50,954 nucleotides of DNA from Thermoplasmata archaeon (GCA_021811925.1 JAKAPY010000001.1:1-50954); one strand, 5' to 3'; shown: positions 17,668 through 27,086, counted from the first letter of the stretch. Made by a program: numbers and translations. Notes: generated from the letters alone by a model not told the origin.

Positions 17668-17904
17668 TTAAAACTTTATCCCGGTCAGAGTCTTTGTGTC
17701 GATCACGCCTGGAATGGCCCTTACCTTGTCGACAACAACCTGGCCGAGAAGGTTGAAATCCTCAGCTTCAATCTTGGCTATGAGATCATACTCGCCAAAG
17801 AGGGGATGAAGTTCAACAATTTCCTTGACCTTCAAGAGCTCGTTGTAAACCTCATGCTCCTTCGCAGGCGCCGTACTTATCAGGACGAATCCTACAGCCA
17901 TCAA
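17668..17904 (-). CDS. Stand-alone RAM (Lrp/AsnC ligand-binding) domain protein
   Basis: 78 aa: AVGFVLISTAPAKEHEVYNELLKVKEIVELHPLFGEYDLIAKIEAEDFNLLGQVV..IPGVIDTKTL. This matches the AsnC-type effector domain without an HTH, which is common in archaea. Confidence 0.75.
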   Translation of the reverse strand: MMAVGFVLISTAPAKEHEVYNELLKVKEIVELHPLFGEYDLIAKIEAEDFNLLGQVVVDKVRAIPGVIDTKTLTGIKF

Positions 17905-18068
17905 CTTCGCCTATCCCTATGTAACTGCCGTTATGTTCTTAATTATATCGTTGATAATCAATTCAGACGTCAAATGCATGCGCAAATGTCTGTACATGGC
18001 CGGGCGATGTCCAATGGTCCTGAACAGGCCGATGGAATGGATCGGTCAGCAGTCGCGACAACTGAAAG

Positions 18069-19595
18069 GTGAACAATAATATGACTCGTCTCGGCATCAA
18101 TGCCTCCGAAAGCGGCCGTGCTGAAGCCGTAACAGTACATGATTACCCTTTCAATTCCGTCCCGCTTCTTGAAAAAGGCTCTGAATTCAACGGAACAGTG
18201 GGCCCGGAAAACATGCTGATATGGGGTGAAAACCTTGCTGCTATGCGCGCCCTCCCGGACAGTTGCATTCAGCTCATTTACGCCGACCCTCCATTCTTCA
18301 CAAACAGGGAGTTCAGCCATCTCTATGGCGACAGCAGGGAGTCGATTTTCAGCGATGTCTGGTACGATGGTCTGGAGGGTTATATGTCATGGCTCAGGCC
18401 CAGGCTGGTGGAGATGAGACGCCTGCTGAAGGAAAGCGGAACGGTATATCTGCATCTTGACTGGCACGCATCACATTATGTCAAGGTCATGATGGATGGT
18501 ATTTTCGGGTATGGCAACTTTCTCAATGAGGTGATATGGCATTACCGCGATCCGGCGGGGACTGTCAGGGACAGATTCAAGAAGAAGCATGACACAATAC
18601 TGATTTACGCTAAGAGGGCGGGCAAGCACATTTTCAATCTCGACCAGGTGAGGATGAACTACAGCAAGGGCACAGTCGACCAGGGCAGGAAAGGAGTGAT
18701 TTCTTTCGGCAGACCGACAAAACTGCACAGCATGGGAAAGGTTCCGGAAGACGTCTGGGAAATACCGATCATAAACAGCCAGGCCAGGGAACGCGTCGGA
18801 TATCCCACACAGAAACCGCTGAGGCTCCTGCAGACCGTAGTCAAGGCATCCTCATCCGAAGGTGAAATGGTTGCAGACTTCTTCTGCGGGAGCGGCACGT
18901 CCGCCGTAGCTGCGTCGTCTCTCGGAAGAAACTGGATCGCTGTTGACAGCAACGAAGTCGCAATCAGGACAACAATGGGCAGGCTCTCCTCCATGTACGC
19001 CGATGGATGGGAGGATAACACGAGGCTGCTGAGTGTCGGCATTGCGGCAGGCGATGCCCTTTCTTCGAAGAGGAGCGGTTTTCCAGGCCTGGCGCTCAGG
19101 GCTCTTGGCATTGAGAAAGGCAATGCACCCGGGAAATCGCATTCCGGCAACTACAGGGAGTCAGTCCTGTCCATTCCGTCCCGGTCGGCTGACGGGCACA
19201 CCTCGAAGTCAGGGCTCGCATTCAATTCAGATGGATCGAGTTATTTCATACCGGCAGAGGGTGCAAAGTCCCCGTTCTTCAGCCAAAGCAGGGGTGGACG
19301 ATGCACCAGGTTTGCTATGCCTCCCGCCGCCTCCGTTGCGGTTGAGCGCTCCGGGAAAGGACACTCGATCACCCTTTCGGCGTTTTCTTCCGGAAGCGGC
19401 ATTCTGTCGGCTGCAAGTATTGAGATCACATGCGTTCACGGTTCGGACATAAAATCAGAGTCGGGTGTTTTCGAACAGTTACGCGGTGGCGCCGTTTCAT
19501 TCCACACTTTGATGAAGGGCAAATGCCTCATAACAGCAACAGTCAATGACACTGCAGGCGGCCAGTGCACCGTCACAAGGAACGTGGCCCTTTGA
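18069..19595 (+). CDS. Beta-class N6-adenine/N4-cytosine DNA methyltransferase with a roughly 200-aa C-terminal extension
   Basis: Motif IV DPPF lies at 18285-18296 (LIYADPPFF). It precedes motif I FFCGSGT at 18879-18899, the circular permutation typical of the beta class (N6_N4_Mtase family). YPTQKPLRLL is also present. Residues from about 311 to 508 (nt about 18999-19595) are S/G/A-rich and unassigned. The start may instead be ATG 18081. Confidence 0.85.
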   Translation: MNNNMTRLGINASESGRAEAVTVHDYPFNSVPLLEKGSEFNGTVGPENMLIWGENLAAMRALPDSCIQLIYADPPFFTNREFSHLYGDSRESIFSDVWYDGLEGYMSWLRPRLVEMRRLLKESGTVYLHLDWHASHYVKVMMDGIFGYGNFLNEVIWHYRDPAGTVRDRFKKKHDTILIYAKRAGKHIFNLDQVRMNYSKGTVDQGRKGVISFGRPTKLHSMGKVPEDVWEIPIINSQARERVGYPTQKPLRLLQTVVKASSSEGEMVADFFCGSGTSAVAASSLGRNWIAVDSNEVAIRTTMGRLSSMYADGWEDNTRLLSVGIAAGDALSSKRSGFPGLALRALGIEKGNAPGKSHSGNYRESVLSIPSRSADGHTSKSGLAFNSDGSSYFIPAEGAKSPFFSQSRGGRCTRFAMPPAASVAVERSGKGHSITLSAFSSGSGILSAASIEITCVHGSDIKSESGVFEQLRGGAVSFHTLMKGKCLITATVNDTAGGQCTVTRNVAL

Positions 19596-19667
19596 CTTCA
19601 AAGGCCTGTCAGAGCTCTAAACTGCCTATGTGCATATGAGCTGAAGGGAAAGGCGGCCAGTCAACAT

Positions 19668-20615
19668 TCAACGTGATGGGCCATAATTTTCCTTCCACCT
19701 TTTCTCGAGCTGCCTGTAGCCTGCAAGCGACCCGACTCCCCCCTTTCCTTCTATCGCTATGGATGCCATCGCGTTGCCAAATTCAACACACTTCACAATG
19801 TTGTATCCCTTTTCCATGGCTGCATAGTAACCGGCCCTGAACGCATCTCCTGCTCCAATCGTGTCGACATAGTTCTTTACCCTGCACGCCGGCACCCTTG
19901 TTACACCATCCTCCTGAAAAATGGCCGTGCCCCTGGATCCTTCTGTCTTGATCACGGTGCCGCAGCGTTTAGCCAATTGCTGCTCGCTGACTGTGCCGGT
20001 CAGCTTGAGTGCCATCTTCATTTCTATCTCGTTTGTGAAGAAAATGTTTGCACCATCGAGCAGCTTCCTGAACTTCACTGCATTGTACCTGTAGTTTATT
20101 TCCTGCCCCGGATCGAACGAGTAGCTTCTTTTGCCCACAGCCCTTATGTATCTGTCAGGGTCGCCGGTCGCAATGTGAATGACCGAGCCCTCGCTTATTG
20201 AATCCTCCCACAGTGGAAGATCCCTGGTGCTCGCCATGGCCCCCTGCTCTATAATGTAGGTCTGTTCGCCATCCGGTGTATCAAATATATGGCACCTTGG
20301 CGTCCTCTCGCCCTCAACCATGATGACATCGTGACAGTCCACCCCAGATTCAATGAGCAGTTTCCTGAAGCCGGCATTGAAATCACTTCCAACGTAGCAT
20401 CCAATCGCAGTCTTCAGGCCAAGCGCGGAGGCGTGAAGCGCAATGTTTCCCGCCGTGCCGCCGAAAAGCTCCCTCACATTGCCCGTATTGATGGACTGCC
20501 CTCTGACTGGAAATTTGCTCAGTTCATACACAACATCCACATTGATGTGCCCGAGAACCACAAGGAAATTGCCCTTCCTGCGTCTTGAAGTGAGCCTCTT
20601 CCAGGCTGCTTTCAT
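19668..20615 (-). CDS. PfkB-family kinase (candidate adenosine/nucleoside kinase)
   Basis: PfkB motifs are present (GGTAGNIALHASALG; DTIGAGDAFRAGYYAAM). Its start overlaps the ahcY stop by 4 nt, which suggests co-transcription. Confidence 0.8.
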   Translation of the reverse strand: MKAAWKRLTSRRRKGNFLVVLGHINVDVVYELSKFPVRGQSINTGNVRELFGGTAGNIALHASALGLKTAIGCYVGSDFNAGFRKLLIESGVDCHDVIMVEGERTPRCHIFDTPDGEQTYIIEQGAMASTRDLPLWEDSISEGSVIHIATGDPDRYIRAVGKRSYSFDPGQEINYRYNAVKFRKLLDGANIFFTNEIEMKMALKLTGTVSEQQLAKRCGTVIKTEGSRGTAIFQEDGVTRVPACRVKNYVDTIGAGDAFRAGYYAAMEKGYNIVKCVEFGNAMASIAIEGKGGVGSLAGYRQLEKRWKENYGPSR

Positions 20616-21850
20616 GTGCCTTCATTCCATGAAGCAAGGTAATTTTTCTGCTTCTCCGTGAGCTTGTCTATCTTCACACCGAGTGTCTTCAGCTTCATCG
20701 TTGCTATCTCTGTATCAAGCTTCCTGGGTAGGATATGCACTCCCGGCTTCAGCTTCGTCCGCTCGATAGCGAGGTATTCGGCGGCGAGCGCCTGCATTGT
20801 GAAGCTCATGTCCATGATCTCAGCTGGATGCCCCTGCCCTGCGGCCAGATTCACAAGCCTCCCGTCTGCAAGTATGTAGATGCGCTTCCCGTTTTCAAAA
20901 TTGAACTCTTCGACGTATTCCCTGACTGTGTTCACCTTTGCCTTTGAACGCATCGTTTCAACGTCAATCTCAAGATTGAAGTGCCCCGCATTTGCCATCA
21001 CACACCCGTCCTTAGCCTTCAGTGCGGTCTCGTACGTCACTATGTCCCTGTCCCCTGTGGCGGTCAGGACGAAATCAGCATTGGCAATTACATCGGCCAT
21101 TTTTCCCACCGTGAAACCGTCCATTATGGCCTCTATCGCCTTTATCGGGTCCACCTCTGTAACTGTTACTACGCCACCCATTCCGCGTGCCTTGTTGGCT
21201 ATCCCGCGGCCGCACCATCCGTATCCCGCGACCACAATGCTCTTTCCTGCAAGCAGCAGGTTGGTGGCGGCCATTATGCCGTCAAGCGCCGACTGTCCGG
21301 TGCCGTATCTGTTGTCGAAGAGATATTTCATGTATGAGTCATTGACAGCAACCACAGGAAAACGGAGCTTCCCGTCGGCTTCCATCGACCTCAGCCTGAT
21401 AACGCCTGTTGTAGTTTCCTCGTTCCCTCCTATTACATGCGCTATGAGATCCTGCCTTTCAAGATGGAGCAGTGTTATGAGGTCGGCGCCGTCATCTATG
21501 ACCATGTCTGGGCCCATCTCAAGTACGCTGCCCAGGTTCCTGTAGTATTCCTCCGAAGTCTCTCCCTTCCTGGCAAAGGTGGGGAGGCCGTAGACTGAGT
21601 TGAGGGCCTCGCTCACTGAATCATCGGTCGACAGTGGATTGCAGCTCGCAAGCCTCACCTGGGCCCCTGCATCCCTCAGCGCAAGTGCGAGGCAGGCGGT
21701 CTTCGCCTCCACATGCAGGGCCATGCCTATCTTCAGGCCCTTCAGCTTTCCTCTTTTCTTTATCTCTTCCGCAGCTATACCCAGGACCTTCATGTGGACC
21801 CTTGCCCACTCGATCCTCTTCCTTCCCTTCTCGGCCAATTCCTTGTTCAT
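20612..21850 (-). CDS. ahcY: S-adenosyl-L-homocysteine hydrolase
   Basis: 412 aa. The NAD-binding motif is present (VVAGYGWCGRGIANKARGMGG), along with the typical GNEETTTGV and GHFNLEID segments. Confidence 0.92.
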   Translation of the reverse strand: MNKELAEKGRKRIEWARVHMKVLGIAAEEIKKRGKLKGLKIGMALHVEAKTACLALALRDAGAQVRLASCNPLSTDDSVSEALNSVYGLPTFARKGETSEEYYRNLGSVLEMGPDMVIDDGADLITLLHLERQDLIAHVIGGNEETTTGVIRLRSMEADGKLRFPVVAVNDSYMKYLFDNRYGTGQSALDGIMAATNLLLAGKSIVVAGYGWCGRGIANKARGMGGVVTVTEVDPIKAIEAIMDGFTVGKMADVIANADFVLTATGDRDIVTYETALKAKDGCVMANAGHFNLEIDVETMRSKAKVNTVREYVEEFNFENGKRIYILADGRLVNLAAGQGHPAEIMDMSFTMQALAAEYLAIERTKLKPGVHILPRKLDTEIATMKLKTLGVKIDKLTEKQKNYLASWNEGT

Positions 21851-21991
21851 GAGAAACGCCCTACCGCACGGTTGCCTACTGTGTTCTTCAACGCCCTGCT
21901 GTAAATAAAATCATGCCTGCAGTCGCATGGCAGCAGGTGGGCGGTGTGAAGGTGCAGCCCTGATTCCATTATTCTGTGATGGTCGCGCCCT

Positions 21992-22336
21992 TCAGGAAAT
22001 TTTCTGGAAAATCTCCGTGATCTCTCTCTCAAGTATGGAGGTGAACTCCTTCGTCACGTCTTCCTTGAGATCGCCCGGAATAAGTTCTATGCCAACCCTG
22101 GCTGCTATCTTCCCAAGGCGCATGAGGGCATATGTCTCCTTTATTCTGGCCTCGAAGAGGTCCTCCACCGCAATCCTGATCTGTTCCTTCAGTTTCGGGT
22201 CCCTGTCTATCCTGGAATAGACCTTCCTCTTGATCTCATCTTTCACTATGTCCTGCATCGCCTGAATGAAAAGGCCCTCGGTGTCAATCAGCCTGCCTGA
22301 TTCCCTGGTGAGTTTTGAAATGATATCGTCGGGCAA
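21992..22336 (-). CDS. Hypothetical protein (114 aa, predicted helical)
   Basis: The composition is protein-like and charged (MPDDIISKLTRESGRLIDTEGLFIQAMQDIVKDEIKRKV...). No family was recognised. Confidence 0.5.
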   Translation of the reverse strand: MPDDIISKLTRESGRLIDTEGLFIQAMQDIVKDEIKRKVYSRIDRDPKLKEQIRIAVEDLFEARIKETYALMRLGKIAARVGIELIPGDLKEDVTKEFTSILEREITEIFQKIS

Positions 22337-22491
22337 TTTACCACTACCGCAGCTAATTGGTCTACGATGTACTTCAGCCTTATCTTTTCTCCTCCGGAAA
22401 ACAGGTGTTCGGTACCTCTGGCCGGACAGGCGGAGGCATTCAAACCCCGGGGGTAAGTTTAATTAACGGAGTGTGGAATGCAAAAACATAC

Positions 22492-23100
22492 ATGGGCGAA
22501 GAGGATTTCTCGGACCTGAAAATCTACGTAATCGACAACGGGGGCCAGTGGACACACCGCGAATATCGCGTCATTAGGGACCTCGGTGCCATCGTGCGCA
22601 TTGTTCCGAATACAATCCCTGTAAACGAGATATCCGACGCGGACGGGCTGGTGCTCAGCGGCGGTTCACCGAGCGTGGGCCTCGAACCTGAAAAAATGGG
22701 CATTTCGTCTCAGTACCTTGACAAGATTGACAGGCCCGTCCTCGGAATCTGTGTCGGCCACCATTTCATCGCATATCACTTCGGCGGCACCACGGGCCGC
22801 GGCAGCAGTTCCGAATTCGGCAAGGCGGTTCTAAGTGTCTCGTCACCAGAAGGGATATTGAGCGGTCTGCCGGGAAAGTTCAGGGTGTGGGAGTCCCACC
22901 AGGACGAGGTTAGGCATGTCCCTCCGGGCTTCAAAGTCCTCGCTAGCACCGCCGACTGTTCCGTTGAGGCGATGATGTCGGAGAGCAGGCCGATCTTCAG
23001 CCTTCAGTTTCATCCAGAAGTGGACGAGACGGAACACGGTGTTGAAATCTTCAGGAATTTCCTACGGAAGGTGGCGGAATGGAAATCAAGAAGGAAGTAG
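22492..23100 (+). CDS. guaA: GMP synthase subunit A (class I glutamine amidotransferase)
   Basis: The nucleophile elbow is present (PVLGICVGHHFIAYHFGG), as is the His/Glu region (LQFHPEV). I trimmed the start to ATG 22492 (MGEEDFSDLKIYVIDNGGQW); the track start was 22357. Confidence 0.85.
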   Translation: MGEEDFSDLKIYVIDNGGQWTHREYRVIRDLGAIVRIVPNTIPVNEISDADGLVLSGGSPSVGLEPEKMGISSQYLDKIDRPVLGICVGHHFIAYHFGGTTGRGSSSEFGKAVLSVSSPEGILSGLPGKFRVWESHQDEVRHVPPGFKVLASTADCSVEAMMSESRPIFSLQFHPEVDETEHGVEIFRNFLRKVAEWKSRRK

Positions 23101-23324
23101 CTGCCGCAATCGAGGCTACACTGAACAACAGAAGAAAGGACGAGACATTCGAAAGGGCCCTTGGCAAGTCAATAAGGAAGAGGCGCCTTTCCTTTTCCGA
23201 TTACGTCGCCGCAATAAGCGAAATAAGAGAAAGGGCAAAGCGTGGCGGTGTATCCCTGGAGGAGGCAGCCGGCGAGATTGTTTCAGAGGAAGCCGGCAAG
23301 CAGGGCAATGACAAGAAGGACTAG
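23079..23324 (+). CDS. Small hypothetical protein (81 aa)
   Basis: The translation is helical and charged (MEIKKEVAAAIEATLNNRRKDETFERALGKSIRKRRLSFSDYVAAISEIRERAKRGG...). It overlaps the end of guaA-A by 22 nt and the convergent membrane gene by 42 nt. Coding status is uncertain. Confidence 0.35.
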   Translation: MEIKKEVAAAIEATLNNRRKDETFERALGKSIRKRRLSFSDYVAAISEIRERAKRGGVSLEEAAGEIVSEEAGKQGNDKKD

Positions 23325-23699
23325 AATCACGACTGCAAGTATCATCATGTATCCTGCAATCTTCCTGTCGCTTCCGAAGATTATGGGTATGGGCCCTATG
23401 AAAATGACACCCCCGACCCCTTTTCTCACCGCTGTCGCCGCTTCTCGCCTGTCTCCGGAGTAGGTGCTTTCCGGGCCGGCATGCTCTTCGGCGGTCCTGC
23501 CGAATGAAACTGCAAAAAGAATGAATGCGGCGAAGATGAGAAGCGCGGCAATGCCTGCAGCCAGGCCGCTCCCGTATACCACGGGTATGAAAAGGAGCAG
23601 GCCGAAATGAAGCTCGCCAAGGCCGACTCCGACCACAATGACCGCAGCAGCTGCCACAAGCATTGAAACGGCACCATACCAGTATGCGCTCCGCTTCAT
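23283..23699 (-). CDS. Small integral membrane protein (138 aa)
   Basis: Three to four hydrophobic helices are apparent (AVSMLVAAAAVIVVGVGLG; LLLFIPVVYGSGLAAGIAALLIFAAFILFAV; YMMILAVVILVLLVIALLAGFL). It may belong to the small archaeal DUF131-type family. That assignment is from memory and unverified. Confidence 0.6.
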   Translation of the reverse strand: MKRSAYWYGAVSMLVAAAAVIVVGVGLGELHFGLLLFIPVVYGSGLAAGIAALLIFAAFILFAVSFGRTAEEHAGPESTYSGDRREAATAVRKGVGGVIFIGPIPIIFGSDRKIAGYMMILAVVILVLLVIALLAGFL

Positions 23700-23801
23700 G
23701 GCTTCAGACCACTCCCTTCCACGGTTATGAATGTGCCTGTTTCATTCGGCGCAAATGGACTGAATGTTTCCACATTCTTCACCCAGTGCCACCTTTCTCC
23801 C

Positions 23802-24314
23802 TCAATCTGCAAGCGCTTTTTCCACGACCTCTCTGATCCTGTTCCAGTGCGACCCCTTCCAGTATACCCGGCCGCAGGATGAACACATGTAGAAACTTTC
23901 GTTCCTCTCCAGCACACCGTCCGGGACAATCGGACCCACTTCTTCCCTTTTCTTTATGCGAAGTGTTCCATTGCACCGGCTGCAGCGCATCCTTTCTTCC
24001 TCGAACCTGAGGTTGAACCTGTGGACCACCAGCTTCAGCTGCTCCACGGGCCTGATGTCATCGACATAGTATGCGCTTATCCCCCTCCTTTTGACAAGCT
24101 GCTTGTCGCGTGTCAATACAATCCTTTCCTCCGATTCGGCGATCCTTGCGATGTCGCTGTCATCACCCGATTTCACATACAGTGTGTCGCAGCCGAATAT
24201 CCTGAGCCATCCGGCAAGCCTGCCTAGCATGTTGTCCGCTACGAACGCCGTTTCCCCTTCTGCCCTCTCACCAAGCCTTCCGGTCACTTCCGTGCCGTTT
24301 CTTCCTTCTCTCAA
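23802..24314 (-). CDS. Mut7-C / DUF82 PIN-like RNase domain protein with C-terminal zinc ribbon
   Basis: The PIN-like part is FVADNMLGRLAGWLRIFGCDTLY...IVLTRDKQL. It is followed by CSRCNG...YMCSSCGRVYWKGSHW. The start overlaps the upstream reductase stop by 4 nt. Confidence 0.75.
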   Translation of the reverse strand: MREGRNGTEVTGRLGERAEGETAFVADNMLGRLAGWLRIFGCDTLYVKSGDDSDIARIAESEERIVLTRDKQLVKRRGISAYYVDDIRPVEQLKLVVHRFNLRFEEERMRCSRCNGTLRIKKREEVGPIVPDGVLERNESFYMCSSCGRVYWKGSHWNRIREVVEKALAD

Positions 24315-24952
24315 ACGGATCTCCTTTCATATTCGGAGAGGATTCCCTCGCCGGCCCTTCTCACAGAAACAAGGCTGAACCTTGCGAAGTCGCTTTCTTC
24401 CTCGAACCCTTCTCCGTCAGCCAGTGTTGGCGCATCCCTGCCGCCTATGATCACGGGGGAAGTGTAGACAAGCAACCTGTCGACAAGTCCCAGCCTTGCA
24501 AGTTCGAAGATGATCTCGCCTCCGCCTTCAACAAGGACGGACCTTATCCCCTCCTTGTAGAGAAGGTTCATTGCCTTCGAAATATCAACCTTCCTTTCTC
24601 CGCACCTCAGCATGACCGCATTTCCGATATTCTTCCTGCAGGAAGATGCGGTGATAATGTATGTCCTTCTCCCCTTCAGGACCTTTGCATCCGCGGGCGT
24701 TCTGCCCCTTGAGTCAAAAACGATCTTTGCGCATTTGCCCCCCTTTCCTGCTCTCCTGCCGGTGAGTGAAGGGTCGTCTGCAAGTATTGTGCCTACGCCC
24801 ACGGCAACGGCATCATGCTCCTCCCTGATTCCCATTACCCTTCCGATGTCTGTGGCGTCCGAGATTCCAATTCTTCGCCTGCGGACCGTGGATATTTTTC
24901 CGTCAATCGACGCAGCGCAATTGACCGTAACGGCTGGTCTGTCCAAGGGCAC
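24311..24952 (-). CDS. arfC: 2,5-diamino-6-ribosylamino-4(3H)-pyrimidinone 5'-phosphate reductase (RibD C-terminal domain type, archaeal riboflavin pathway)
   Basis: The pattern is typical of the DHFR-like RibD_C fold: VTVNCAASIDGKIS...DAVAVGVGTILADDPSLT...VLVEGGGEIIFELARLGLVDRLLVYTSPVIIGG. Confidence 0.8.
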   Translation of the reverse strand: MPLDRPAVTVNCAASIDGKISTVRRRRIGISDATDIGRVMGIREEHDAVAVGVGTILADDPSLTGRRAGKGGKCAKIVFDSRGRTPADAKVLKGRRTYIITASSCRKNIGNAVMLRCGERKVDISKAMNLLYKEGIRSVLVEGGGEIIFELARLGLVDRLLVYTSPVIIGGRDAPTLADGEGFEEESDFARFSLVSVRRAGEGILSEYERRSV

Positions 24953-25166
24953 ACCGTATAACCTGAAGAGCAGGTATCCATTTAATCATTCACACGGCTT
25001 TCATCGCCTGCAGTCTTGTGCGGCATTCGTGTTCTCGCCGGGCATCGTCAGACAATTGTCAGCTTTGCACGTAAGGCTTAAGTAAGAATGACAGTATAAG
25101 CGTAAACGGGATGCACGTGCGCTGTAGGCTACTTTCTTTACCGCAGGGTCGCGACTCAATATACAT

Positions 25167-27086
25167 GTGGAAGCGGGGTGTCATCCTGTGATCACTGAAA
25201 CAGCTCTTTTCTTTCAGTTCGGCATAATGATGCTTCTTGCCTTCATTGGCGCCGGGCTTGCCGCCAGGTTCGGCCAGTCGGTCATACTCGGCTACATTGC
25301 CGTCGGTGCTCTGATAGGTCCGTACATTAGCATAACGCTCTTCGGTTACACCTACAATGGACTGATTCAGAACACCGATACGGTCAGCTACTTTGCCAAG
25401 ATGGGGCTCATACTACTCCTTTTCTTTGTCGGGCTAGAGTTTTCTGTGAGCAAGCTCAAGAAGACAAGGACTGCAGCAACCATACTGGCCATATTCAACT
25501 TCGGGATCGACATGTTTCTGGGCATACTCCTCGGCGTACTGATGAGGTGGCCCCTGGAGGATGCATTCTTTCTTGCAGCAATAATAGGGACGGGCTCATC
25601 CGCGGTTGCTGCAAAGACGCTAATGGAGATAGGGAAGCTCACTGCCCCTGAGACGGACTTCATCATAGGCATGAGCGTCGTGGAGGATTTCATCGCGATG
25701 CTTCTTCTGACTGTTGCCGGAGGCCTAACAATGACTGCCGGCAATGCGCCGGCCAGCCTCTGGGCCCTGCTTTCAGGCATCGGAATATTCTATATGTTCT
25801 TCCTGCTCCTCGCTGTCTTTGTCATACCCAGGGTGGTGAAGCATCTCGACGTCATACGCAGCGACGAAATGTTCATCCTCTTTGCACTTGGCATCGTGTT
25901 TATCTCCGCTGCCCTTGCGGATGCGCTCTATGTACAGTCGCTGATTGGTGCATTCTTCATAGGCATGGTATTCGCCGAAACAAGCATGACAGACCGGCTC
26001 AAGACCAAGCTCATGTCAATGCGTGATGCATTCGTGGCCATATTCTTCGTCTACTTCGGCATGATGATGAATCCGTCGGTGATTATCATGGTGCTACCGA
26101 TGATTGCTTTCGCCGTTCCCCTGATGCTCCTTTCAGACATCATAATCACAACAAGCGTCGCAATGCTGATTGGTTTCCCCTCAAGGCACGCGTTCTTTGT
26201 GGGAAGCACTTCTGCTTTCAGGGGAGCGGAGTCAATGCTCTTTGCAAGCGTGGGCGGTAGCTCCCTGGGTGTTGCTTATGCCGAGCAGCTTTACGCCATA
26301 GCCGGCCCTTTCTCGCTTATCATGGACCTTGTCGCTCTTCCCGTTCTCAAGAACTCCTCGAAGCTCGTCGTGAAGCTCTCGAAATATGTCCCCGAGTACG
26401 TCAGATTCTGTTCCCTTCTCATCTCAAGAACGTTCTCGAAACTTGTGATGCCGCAGCCGCTGAAGATTTATGGCGATGCAAAGAGGTCCACACTTCCCCT
26501 TTGGTCATTCATCGTCTCGTGCGCCGTCGCAATCTTCCTGAGCTTCCCCTTCAAGATAATACCTATCGGCGTGGCGCTCGTCTCCGGATACTTGGCTGTG
26601 CGTGTCCTGAGAAAGGATCTCAATTCAGCCATCAGCCTGATCAACTATGCAAACATAGGGGTACCGAGCAGCAAGGGAATTCCGGAGATACTGGATCTTG
26701 TCATAAGGCTTGTATCAGGACTCATGATCACTACTGTCGCTGTAATAGCAGTGTCAGCTGTATACATCCCCGCATCACTGGTGCCGATAGCACTGTACGT
26801 CCTGCTGATGCTATATTCAATGAAGTCGAGCTACAATGCCCTTTCCAGATTCACTCCACTTTCTTCCCGCACAATTGGAAGCAGGGGATTGGCGCGCCAG
26901 CAGAGTGCAGGAAGCCTTGGCGTCGAAACTCCGACGGTCCCCTTCCACAACTCTGGATTCAGGCAGGGTATTTCTCTTGCGTCAAGGCACAGTGACAAAG
27001 CAGGAGTAGGCTACATCATGACAAAGCCCAAGGTCCAGAAGGCAAAAGAATTCCATGATGGCATTTACCCACCGCCGCTTAAGTGA
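25167..27086 (+). CDS. Cation:proton antiporter (CPA2/Kef-like) with an extra membrane-embedded C-terminal region
   Basis: The N-terminal part (about 390 aa) has Na+/H+ exchanger family features (GQSVILGYIAVGALIGP; LLFFVGLEFSV; VVEDFIAMLLL). The C-terminal part (about 250 aa) carries further hydrophobic helices, and no Rossmann GxGxxG RCK/KTN motif was seen. The start is uncertain (GTG 25167, GTG 25188 or ATG 25227). Confidence 0.78.
   Translation: MEAGCHPVITETALFFQFGIMMLLAFIGAGLAARFGQSVILGYIAVGALIGPYISITLFGYTYNGLIQNTDTVSYFAKMGLILLLFFVGLEFSVSKLKKTRTAATILAIFNFGIDMFLGILLGVLMRWPLEDAFFLAAIIGTGSSAVAAKTLMEIGKLTAPETDFIIGMSVVEDFIAMLLLTVAGGLTMTAGNAPASLWALLSGIGIFYMFFLLLAVFVIPRVVKHLDVIRSDEMFILFALGIVFISAALADALYVQSLIGAFFIGMVFAETSMTDRLKTKLMSMRDAFVAIFFVYFGMMMNPSVIIMVLPMIAFAVPLMLLSDIIITTSVAMLIGFPSRHAFFVGSTSAFRGAESMLFASVGGSSLGVAYAEQLYAIAGPFSLIMDLVALPVLKNSSKLVVKLSKYVPEYVRFCSLLISRTFSKLVMPQPLKIYGDAKRSTLPLWSFIVSCAVAIFLSFPFKIIPIGVALVSGYLAVRVLRKDLNSAISLINYANIGVPSSKGIPEILDLVIRLVSGLMITTVAVIAVSAVYIPASLVPIALYVLLMLYSMKSSYNALSRFTPLSSRTIGSRGLARQQSAGSLGVETPTVPFHNSGFRQGISLASRHSDKAGVGYIMTKPKVQKAKEFHDGIYPPPLK

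Noticed and set aside
22357-22491. N-terminal extensions in several track ORFs: 22357, 31488, 32593, 44772, 10777, 38758, 27571 and 2828.
   Set aside because: The extensions have non-protein-like composition, overlap upstream genes, or precede an internal Met that restores the canonical family N-terminus and typical length. I treated them as upstream read-through of the open frame rather than as coding sequence.
16275-23100. GMP synthase encoded as two separate genes about 5 kb apart (subunit B at 16275-17222, subunit A at 22492-23100).
   Set aside because: Split and unlinked guaA subunits are a well-known archaeal arrangement. They are useful as a lineage marker but are not novel.
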